DNA of 64,000 bases, taken from positions 57,042 to 121,041 of IMG/VR virus record IMGVR_UViG_3300009103_000007. One strand, 5' to 3'. Position 1 is the first letter of the stretch. Every line of letters starts with the position of its first letter. The stretch is from a virus. A program made the position numbers and the translations under genes. The notes beneath the pieces were generated by a model that saw nothing but the letters and a program-made list of their open reading frames with translations, had not been told where the DNA came from and made no database searches. Shown in pieces: positions 23,401-30,378 of the stretch.

Positions 23401-24326
23401 TTTTGCCATATCAGGGAATAGCAGATAAGTTGAGAGTGATGATGCATGCAAACTATGGCCAATATAGTGCGGTACCAATTGGGATTCTTGAGAGTGATGA
23501 GGAAATAATGAATACAATGCAGGAGTCGGCAGCAAGACAAATGCACGACAATCCAGCATACCCTCATGACGGCAAAGTAAACTATAAGCACGATTCTATA
23601 CCAACTCACTATCAAATAATGAGATTGGGAAAGCCGCGTAATGTTGAAACGGCGCCCTATTCTTGGCCGCCAAATAGATATGAGGATTTCAAATATAGTC
23701 AGTATGTTGCAGAAATTCCTACGTCGGGCATGTGTGCATTCTTTGAAGAAGACGTTACTACTGGGTTTATGCCTGATACTGAATACTATTATATATTTCG
23801 GGCAAAAGATGACCAAGGTATCTCAAACCCCACTGAGGTGTTTCGAGTAAAAATGGCCACCTATGAGAATGGGACCTTTATGGATATGAGGACACACGAG
23901 TTGACACCAGAGATTGACAAGAGGTCCATTACTTTTGAAAGGTTGTTGGAAATAAGACCAAGCTTAAAATATCGTCAAATAAAATTCAGAAACGACCCAA
24001 ACACGCCTCCAGATCCAGATGGTGTCCGCCTCGGTCGACCATTTCCGGATGCTTTCGGTCTGGAACGGGAACACACCCCATTGTATGGTCGTAAATTTAA
24101 GATGAGAATAACATCGAAAACTTCCGGAAGAAAGATGGATATCCATTTTAGTTTTAAGACAGGTAACAGTGTTGTCCCCATACAAGTGGGTGCACCGGAT
24201 AGGGTTGTCCAAGGGGACCCCCGCTGGCGCCCACCTCCGGAGAAAGAAACTCCGTGTGGCACATCATCTAAGGTCCGGTCGGCTATAGAATATAGAGATG
24301 AGTTGTTTTCAGAGGATGATGAGTAG
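20457..24326 (+). CDS. Large hypothetical (probably virion) protein, about 1,289 aa, with a possible FN3-like domain near the C-terminus
   Basis: Start moved from 20430 to ATG 20457 because GGAGG lies at 20446-20450. The segment HYQIMR...FMPDTEYYYIFRAKDDQGISNPT resembles the F/G strands of fibronectin type III domains. Confidence 0.6.
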   Translation: MTNRFEDPCSAPPPCPDPNNPECDNNPWRRNNNGGNETTPVPPVHPRTATRVLFPKNVITSNEMLLSDSDPDSDSFNNPLTSNRSVTLIDTHFWLQGLPFRHNERGQADQTSNWAQRASKYIPSPVSRSSIRIASTGRDDHSNYGRGLGGTVRVHQDRERQRVRYREGGHALDELEYGMISSPWEGFGKFDSFRYVTALFYDVRKSGAVGPVFPIKYGYQHTRLPELPGVETFNYGIKHKITIGNVDGFPTGDRSDEESPFRFPKEDFSVPEANWSGAHWRTAIDVDLTGYHDHETVDDEQYAHFANPEETTLSRRWSLYRSLYMFGYSNVWPRRIPDKAVYIGVDAGSRGPNPIDFERQFKIDLAAAWDNLPNERKARYSHGVIPDRRFIADTTFESPIPFYEGELARMSIPQSVTGKVSLHLTNTDIDKVPTTRKASLYRTYSATRESAELLESGNAAWCPILPDHQDKIQKFTCQNVIDFKEIHDSGLLTTFNKHVHIRIGTSQTSKLADLLRETKMDKHILEYMCKYSSENRLYTQVMDESHRDMNVAVQGRDRAQAGAGTTSESYRVNEGIVESVRIRAWPRQFDFNYVDDVPPDLATTAEKWPVDPIAYIRDEIKDFQEDEYSDYSEITYEDAVNMECPDQRAIAKSITRTQYAEKLQYSLQRCADYRRSVRSPDGTLALETVNTCMERVLSALDRSMRQALATIEASQPGSDITVYYFNPDTGELDRSHVLRANCRSIDASTGIAKKKYSGFDKKAYPLNYENHNQEDMLRFWDFIRSQVFWNKFKNFYYPENHSNEYIRSFKDIVEGKKAYSEVIGYKVCKYMILDGEVQDIEPLQEFYMMDCSEIREIDFYDTQIVFGLSYMYRIYAINMVFGSRYQYDKAYLRGWGGFGTGGHASHGDSNADGSVLVGHNLRGPSISRWQQGPGSNPLPHKKNIDARLVVNTYPFFTIVETPFMEKYVKVVDRPPLFPQVTFLPYQGIADKLRVMMHANYGQYSAVPIGILESDEEIMNTMQESAARQMHDNPAYPHDGKVNYKHDSIPTHYQIMRLGKPRNVETAPYSWPPNRYEDFKYSQYVAEIPTSGMCAFFEEDVTTGFMPDTEYYYIFRAKDDQGISNPTEVFRVKMATYENGTFMDMRTHELTPEIDKRSITFERLLEIRPSLKYRQIKFRNDPNTPPDPDGVRLGRPFPDAFGLEREHTPLYGRKFKMRITSKTSGRKMDIHFSFKTGNSVVPIQVGAPDRVVQGDPRWRPPPEKETPCGTSSKVRSAIEYRDELFSEDDE

Positions 24327-24366
24327 GTGAATAATGATTATTAGTTTGCTAAATACCAAATTTAAA

Positions 24367-24376
24367 ACTATTTATT
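24367..24376 (+). promoter_or_regulatory. Putative late promoter motif ACTATTTATT
   Basis: Located in the AT-rich intergenic gap about 40 nt before ATG 24416; SD AAGGAG at 24403-24408. Confidence 0.55.
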
Positions 24377-24415
24377 TTATAAAAAGTGATCATTTTGCGT
24401 TAAAGGAGATAATTT

Positions 24416-25495
24416 ATGGCTTTTTTGGATAATTCTGGTGATATTATTTTAGATGCGGTTCTTACCGACGCCGGCCGCCAGCGCATGGCCAGAGGCGAGT
24501 TTAAGATAGTTAAGTATGCTTTCGGAGATGAAGAGATAAATTATGCACTTTTTAATGGTAATCACCCTAGCGGCTCTGCGTTTGCAGATATTAAAATAAT
24601 GCAAACACCCGTGATGGAGGCATTTACAAACAATACTTCATTGATGAAGACAAAGTTAATTTCTCTTAATAGGAATAATATTCTTTTTCTGCCAATTTTG
24701 AGAGTAAATGAAAGGCCCGCCTTCGACTCAGGAGTCGCTACCTCTTGGGCATCCAAGGCAAATCAAGGCTCTTATAAAAATGGCTGGATTCTTTTAGCTG
24801 ATAAGGCGACAAAAGATGCATTGAATCCTGGAGGCGTCCACGAACGAGATCCAGGCCGCGGCATATTTGTCGGCCACGCAAATCCACCAGAGGGTCAAGT
24901 TAGACATATTTGTATTGATCAGGGTATAGAGACGGGAGGAAAGGTGCCTCCTGAGACTCCGATGCCCGATGATCTTCGCGAAACGGCATATTTGGTTCGT
25001 ATGGATCATCGACTCATGAGGTTGTCCCTCGCATCAACGGGCGATAAAGAAGACGACAACGCCCTCGGCCCTTCCGGAGTTCCGAGGCAAATCGCTGGTG
25101 ATATATTACAGAATTCTTTTGTGGACGATGACGGAATAGCAACATATTACTTACCCAGAACTCATTTCGGCCCATCTGCCGCCACCCGGGCCGCTGGTAT
25201 TGTAGCAGCAAGAGGTCACGAAGATGCCAACAAAATTACTAAAGCTATCACCGCAGAATCTTTTAATGGACCCCTTGGCCCACGATTGCGATTCGCTCCC
25301 AAGAGTTCCCTACACATACAGCAGACTGATGCATTGTTCGATGAGATTGGCAAAACTGTAACATCTGGCAAGAATATCGTTGTTGGTGCTAGCACACTCA
25401 CTGCATACAAATTTATTGATACACTGATAAACGTGGTAGGGGTGACCACAGGACATTCTATTGATTTGCCAATAAGAATTATAAAGAAGACTTAA
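24416..25495 (+). CDS. Baseplate-region structural protein, 359 aa
   Basis: Strong SD. The N-terminus ILDAVLTDAGRQRMARGEFKIVKYAFGDEEINY resembles the 15759 ORF and the N-terminal signature of tail-collar/DUF3751-type domains. Confidence 0.6.
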   Translation: MAFLDNSGDIILDAVLTDAGRQRMARGEFKIVKYAFGDEEINYALFNGNHPSGSAFADIKIMQTPVMEAFTNNTSLMKTKLISLNRNNILFLPILRVNERPAFDSGVATSWASKANQGSYKNGWILLADKATKDALNPGGVHERDPGRGIFVGHANPPEGQVRHICIDQGIETGGKVPPETPMPDDLRETAYLVRMDHRLMRLSLASTGDKEDDNALGPSGVPRQIAGDILQNSFVDDDGIATYYLPRTHFGPSAATRAAGIVAARGHEDANKITKAITAESFNGPLGPRLRFAPKSSLHIQQTDALFDEIGKTVTSGKNIVVGASTLTAYKFIDTLINVVGVTTGHSIDLPIRIIKKT

Positions 25496-25513
25496 AAGAA
25501 TTAGGAGAAGCAA

Positions 25514-26860
25514 ATGGCACAAGCGACATTTTTTAAAACCTTTACAAATACGGACAGAACCTCAACAAGGACATTGTTACATGAGGCTATCCCGATCACG
25601 GGAGCAATTGTCTCTGGCACATATAATCGTGTAAGTTCAAATTCAGGAAGAGAGAAGAATATAAAAGTATTTTCCCATGGTATGTTTCAATCCGTATACG
25701 ATTATCCGTATTTATCATCTTCGGCAAATCATATATTTGACATTAGTGTGGGTTGCAGCACTGCGTCTGCGTTATCTGCCAGCAAGGCAATCGTTGGAGT
25801 GGACTACGTACAGATTGATAAGAAAGTAAACATTTACAATCAAATGGCTCAAATGCTTATGGGTTACGAGCTGCAAACCATTCCAGGTGCAGATGGCACA
25901 AACTTCACTCAAACAAGAATTCGAGCATTTGATGCCGACGCCGATTTCTCAACAGCAGGCGACAAAATGCATGATGCTATATTTTTCAACTTTTCGCGCC
26001 TCCTAACGAAAGACGAAATAAAGAAGGGGTCTTTTAAGATGAAGCTCGGAGCAGGCCACTGGACTGCTTCGGTGGGCTCTGTATCAAATGGTGGAACTTT
26101 TACGGTAGCGGACACAGACGCTGCTTCTAATTATTTTATTAACTGCCCAGCCGGAGAGTATGGAATTCTTTATGGCACAAATGACGGCTCTTATACCCAG
26201 TTGAGTGCATCAAGCCCAACATCAACAAAGGTTGGTTTAATATTTTATCAAGCCGGCATATGTGTACTAACATCTTCAATTTTTGAGGATGGCACTGGCC
26301 GGATTTATAAAAAGAGCGCCGGCGCCAATGGCGCCGGCACCGCTTATGCTGCTGGCGCACACGTCGTCCGCGATCACGGCGCCGGCGGCGTACAAAACAG
26401 CTTGTTGCATTCCCGCGTTGGTGCTCTTTATACGGGATCCCTCGCCGGCAACGCTGGCCGCGGCTTTTTCTATGATTCAGATAAAACAAAATCTAGGCGC
26501 TATCACGAGCTATTTACGGGCTCAACAATAGACACTTTGTGTGACGGTATACGAAACAAAGTTATAAACATTTCATTTAATAATACCACCGAGTTGAATT
26601 CAACGGTTTATTTTTGTAGGGCTCACCACAATGAGTTTAACTATTCTTCTAACCCAACATACTTAAGCGGTAGCCAGATGAGGGTCAAGACTATCGGAGC
26701 TGCCGGCGTTGGCAATGCTTTAATGCCACCCCGCGCATACATTACCACAGTTGGACTCTACTCCGCAGACAATGAATTGTTGGCAGTTGCCAAGCTTTCT
26801 GAACCAATCAGAAAGGATCCAACTAATGAGGTAACCTTAAGAGTCCGCCTGGATTACTAA
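25514..26860 (+). CDS. Baseplate/tail-collar-like structural protein, 448 aa
   Basis: The C-terminus CRAHHNEFNYSSNPTY..YITTVGLYSADNELLAVAKLSEPIRKD..RVRLDY is shared with the next ORF. Confidence 0.6.
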   Translation: MAQATFFKTFTNTDRTSTRTLLHEAIPITGAIVSGTYNRVSSNSGREKNIKVFSHGMFQSVYDYPYLSSSANHIFDISVGCSTASALSASKAIVGVDYVQIDKKVNIYNQMAQMLMGYELQTIPGADGTNFTQTRIRAFDADADFSTAGDKMHDAIFFNFSRLLTKDEIKKGSFKMKLGAGHWTASVGSVSNGGTFTVADTDAASNYFINCPAGEYGILYGTNDGSYTQLSASSPTSTKVGLIFYQAGICVLTSSIFEDGTGRIYKKSAGANGAGTAYAAGAHVVRDHGAGGVQNSLLHSRVGALYTGSLAGNAGRGFFYDSDKTKSRRYHELFTGSTIDTLCDGIRNKVINISFNNTTELNSTVYFCRAHHNEFNYSSNPTYLSGSQMRVKTIGAAGVGNALMPPRAYITTVGLYSADNELLAVAKLSEPIRKDPTNEVTLRVRLDY

Positions 26861-26861
26861 A

Positions 26862-28112
26862 ATGATACATAAGAAGTTCACTTCAGATGACTTATTCTAC
26901 AACACTGTTGTGACTTATCCTGAATTTCAATTTATAGTTCAGAGTGGAAAAGTATATCTCAATAGAGAGGTTGAAACCGCCGGCGATTTTGGCAATAAAA
27001 TCAAGCACGCACCACAGGGGTCAGTAAATCTTTATGAACTGAACATAAACAGGCCCGCTGATACTGAAACGAAGAACAATCTAATATACCCCTTCGTAAC
27101 TAAAGACGGCGCCCGTACAAGCTTCAGGACCATATCAACAAATCAATTTCAAGATTCGAGCCAATATAACTTTGGAGATGTAATAAAAGGTTCATACCCC
27201 CTTACGGCAAGTATAAGTAGAATATATGTCAAATCTGGTATAGAATTTGATATTCACAACCACGATGACCCTATAACGACTGCTCCGGATAATAAAAAAT
27301 ATATACGAGCACTCAGAAATAGTTTGGAGAATAGTAACCAGAGGAGCGCTTATTATTTCTACTCCTCTTCAATGTCAACTGCCGCATCAGCAAATGCGCC
27401 CGCATACAAGGGTACATGCAACGTAAACCTAGTCTGTATACCATCTATTTTTTATGGCAGCGGTTTACAGAAGGGTAGTATACAGTTAGATTATTTTATC
27501 ACGGGCGCCCTGTGCGCCCAACTCAAAGATTCTAATAAGAATGGGGAACTCATAGAACAGATAGGGGCCAATGCTGGAAAAGTTGCTGGTGTGGCTTTAT
27601 ATGAACAGGGAATACTTGTTTTAACGGGGTCTTACGACTTACCAACTACTCATACAGAAAACTTCTTCAGCGCCGGCGCCGTTAAGCCTTCATGGCTATC
27701 TTATGGATCAGGCATGTCGGAAGTGGGCCAATCTTCAGGGTATATAGTTACCTCAAAGTGCACTCATGTGACCTCTTTTAGGGGTACCAATAAGATACCA
27801 ACACTAACCATGTTGGCACATGCTAAAAAGGGAGAACTTAATTATTCTCACAATCCCACATATTGTCACGTCAGTCATTCGATTACTTCTTCGACTAGCA
27901 ACAATTCTTATACTGAGACTCCAGGCACCATTAAAAATATTAAGAAATCTCGCTTTGAGGGGTACGACGAGGAATTTGAACCTATAACATACATTTCAAA
28001 AATAGGAATATATGATGAAGATAGAAACCTAATAGCAATTGCTTCATTAGCAAATCCAGTTAAAAAGACAGAACTAAGAGAGTATACTTTTAAATTAAGA
28101 TTAGACTTTTGA
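26862..28112 (+). CDS. Baseplate/tail-collar-like structural protein, 416 aa, paralog of 25514
   Basis: C-terminus AHAKKGELNYSHNPTY..YISKIGIYDEDRNLIAIASLANPVKK..KLRLDF. Confidence 0.6.
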   Translation: MIHKKFTSDDLFYNTVVTYPEFQFIVQSGKVYLNREVETAGDFGNKIKHAPQGSVNLYELNINRPADTETKNNLIYPFVTKDGARTSFRTISTNQFQDSSQYNFGDVIKGSYPLTASISRIYVKSGIEFDIHNHDDPITTAPDNKKYIRALRNSLENSNQRSAYYFYSSSMSTAASANAPAYKGTCNVNLVCIPSIFYGSGLQKGSIQLDYFITGALCAQLKDSNKNGELIEQIGANAGKVAGVALYEQGILVLTGSYDLPTTHTENFFSAGAVKPSWLSYGSGMSEVGQSSGYIVTSKCTHVTSFRGTNKIPTLTMLAHAKKGELNYSHNPTYCHVSHSITSSTSNNSYTETPGTIKNIKKSRFEGYDEEFEPITYISKIGIYDEDRNLIAIASLANPVKKTELREYTFKLRLDF

Positions 28113-28121
28113 GAAAGCAGA

Positions 28122-28718
28122 ATGAATGCTGAAAAGAAGTTTACATTATTATCTGTCCGTGTAAAGTACCTCAAAGAAGAACACAGAGTAACAACTGAGA
28201 TATTTAATGATGCATCACGATCATTCTCGGGAGAATTTCTTTTAAAAATTAAACACTCTGGAAGTGCTCCATCTCCCGCTTCAAATCAAGAGGTTGCTGG
28301 CAAGGACTCTTCCGCTCCACCAGATAATGATTCATCTATCGATCACACCAAGGACGATGATCTGAAGAAGATATATCGAAAAATAGCAACTGATTCCCAT
28401 CCGGACAAAACAATAGATAAATCTGATTTTGAAAAAAAATATAAAGCTCAGCTTTTCGAAAAGGCGCGCCAATCTTATGAGGAGGGGGACTATTGTACCC
28501 TATCGGAACTTGCGAAGGAGTTGGGTTTTGAACCGCCGCGACCCACAAAAAAGCACGTAAAAATGGCGAAATCCACTATTGTTAAATTAGAAAAAGATAT
28601 TAAAAAAATGAAAAATACATATGCCTGGGTGTGGTACAATGAAGAGGTCAAAGAAAAGAAGGACACTATAATGGAGAAATATGTCGAACTTTATGAAAAA
28701 AACAATTCTAGGACTTGA
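28122..28718 (+). CDS. J-domain (DnaJ-like) co-chaperone, 198 aa
   Basis: DDLKKIYRKIATDSHPDK..LFEKARQSYE corresponds to J-domain helix II, the HPD motif and helix III. Confidence 0.8.
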   Translation: MNAEKKFTLLSVRVKYLKEEHRVTTEIFNDASRSFSGEFLLKIKHSGSAPSPASNQEVAGKDSSAPPDNDSSIDHTKDDDLKKIYRKIATDSHPDKTIDKSDFEKKYKAQLFEKARQSYEEGDYCTLSELAKELGFEPPRPTKKHVKMAKSTIVKLEKDIKKMKNTYAWVWYNEEVKEKKDTIMEKYVELYEKNNSRT

Positions 28719-29235
28719 TGTATCCACATCTATAACGGGTGCAAGTATTATACATGGGGAGAAAATTGTCAAAACTTACATATGGGATTTGAGAAACAAA
28801 AGAAAGTTTACATCCTTGTATGAAAAAGCAGAATTCATAAGAGAAAAGGTAAAAGAAATAGAAGAAACACAAGAAGTTGCTGCGGTGATAATTGAAAAAC
28901 CATTTATGTTTTTTAATTCAGGTGGATCCAGTGCTAAAACAATGTCTACGCTTCAGAGTTTTAATGGAATGGTTTCTTGGATTTGTAGAGACACTTTCGG
29001 GTTTGATCCAGTTCATATTGCCGTCCGAGAAGCGCGAAAAATAGCTGGTTTAAATATAAAAAGAGGAGAGAACACCAAAGAGAAAGTATTGTCTTTTGTG
29101 CTTGACAAATACCCGCATATTAATGTAGAATATACTAAACATGGAAATCCACGCCCTGGCGTGTATGATATGTGCGATAGCATTATAATTGGCTTAGCGG
29201 GTAATAAATTTGTCGGAGAAAATTCAACTACTTAA
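28681..29235 (+). CDS. ruvC: RuvC-like Holliday junction resolvase
   Basis: RNase H-fold acidic residues in ILGLDVSTSITG, VIIEKPF and DMCDSIIIG. An alternative start is at 28693. Confidence 0.8.
   Translation: MSNFMKKTILGLDVSTSITGASIIHGEKIVKTYIWDLRNKRKFTSLYEKAEFIREKVKEIEETQEVAAVIIEKPFMFFNSGGSSAKTMSTLQSFNGMVSWICRDTFGFDPVHIAVREARKIAGLNIKRGENTKEKVLSFVLDKYPHINVEYTKHGNPRPGVYDMCDSIIIGLAGNKFVGENSTT
29102..29131 (+). promoter_or_regulatory. Sigma70-type promoter inside ruvC, upstream of the primase gene
   Basis: TTGACA (29102-29107), 18-nt spacer, TAGAAT (29126-29131); about 80 nt before the primase start. Confidence 0.5.
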
Positions 29236-30133
29236 TAGGTTCCTTGGCCATTCGTGGATCAATGGAGAAGAACATTTGTTCAATTGCCCCAGCTGCAATC
29301 ATCACAAGAAGAAGTTATCTATTAATATAGATAAAAATGTCTTTAAATGTTGGGTTTGTGACTATTCTGGAACAGATATCAGCCAGCTGCTAAAAAAACA
29401 TGCTTCTGGCACTCTTTTAAGTGAGTGGAGGCAGTTATCCGGCCAGATCGATATGTCTAGGTATGAAAAGATTTTCTCTTCTGAAGAATTGAAAATTGAA
29501 GAGGCCATAAACCTTCCTTCCGGATTTAAGACGTTATCTGGAACTAAATTTACGATCAATAATAGGCCCCTAAGGTATCTCTATTCTAGAGGTCTTACAG
29601 ACGAAGATGTAGTAAGGTGGAAGATCGGATTTTGTGATTATGGGGAATATGAAAACAGGATTATCATTCCGTCGTTTGATATAGCTGGAAATTTAAATTA
29701 TTTTGTAGGAAGAGCGTATGCTCAAGGCACCTACAAATATAGGAACCCTAAAATTAGTAAAGATATTATTTTCAATGATCTTCTCATCAATTGGGAGAAG
29801 GAAATAATTCTTGTAGAGGGTGTGTTTGACGCAATAAAATGTGAGAATGCGATTCCTCTTTTGGGGTCTTCGTTGAGGGAGGGCAGTCGCTTGTTTGAAA
29901 AGATCTGCCTAAAGAGGCCCACTGTATATATGGCATTGGATAGCGATGCTAAGGAAAAAGAGTATAATATAATGAATAAGCTGAGGTCCTATGGGGTAGA
30001 TACCTATTCTATTGGGTTGGGGGGTTACAATGATCTCGGAGAAATGACAAGAGAAGAAATATTAAATCGAAAATGTAATGCGGATATTGTAACAAATATA
30101 GACTATTTAAAGTATAAAATGAAACTCCAGTGA
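29210..30133 (+). CDS. DNA primase (Zn-binding domain plus TOPRIM), TTG start
   Basis: CPSC..H..CWVC zinc ribbon; TOPRIM motifs VEGVFDAI, LDSDA and NDLGE. Confidence 0.9.
   Translation: MSEKIQLLNRFLGHSWINGEEHLFNCPSCNHHKKKLSINIDKNVFKCWVCDYSGTDISQLLKKHASGTLLSEWRQLSGQIDMSRYEKIFSSEELKIEEAINLPSGFKTLSGTKFTINNRPLRYLYSRGLTDEDVVRWKIGFCDYGEYENRIIIPSFDIAGNLNYFVGRAYAQGTYKYRNPKISKDIIFNDLLINWEKEIILVEGVFDAIKCENAIPLLGSSLREGSRLFEKICLKRPTVYMALDSDAKEKEYNIMNKLRSYGVDTYSIGLGGYNDLGEMTREEILNRKCNADIVTNIDYLKYKMKLQ
30102..30111 (+). promoter_or_regulatory. Putative late promoter motif ACTATTTAAA
   Basis: Inside the primase 3' end, about 30 nt before the small ORF at 30144. Confidence 0.4.
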
Positions 30134-30143
30134 GGTTTAAAAC

Positions 30144-30317
30144 ATGGAAATAACAAAAAAGCGCTTAAAGACGCTTATTAAAGAGGAAATGCTTTTGTTG
30201 GCAGAGAGTGGTGATATAAAGCTTGTCTCCGAGTCAGAGATGAAGGCTTTTGAGCTGATATTGGAAAAACTAACAGAAGAAGATCTCCATCAATACGGAT
30301 TAAGAAAGATAAGATAA
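30144..30317 (+). CDS. Small protein, 57 aa (MEITKKRLKTLIKEEMLLLAE...), not in the ORF track
   Basis: Hand translation gives ATG 30144 to TAA 30315-30317, with GAGG upstream. It fills the gap between primase and sbcCD. The N-terminal LKxxIKE motif is also found in the 41674 ORF. Confidence 0.7.
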   Translation: MEITKKRLKTLIKEEMLLLAESGDIKLVSESEMKAFELILEKLTEEDLHQYGLRKIR

Positions 30318-30320
30318 TTC

Positions 30321-30349
30321 TTGACTTATTCAGCTACTTTATGTATAAT
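30321..30349 (+). promoter_or_regulatory. Near-consensus sigma70 promoter for sbcCD
   Basis: TTGACT (30321-30326), 17-nt spacer, TATAAT (30344-30349); GGAG SD before ATG 30379. Confidence 0.8.
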
Positions 30350-30378
30350 GAAGTAATAGAAAAAGAGTCGGAGAACTA

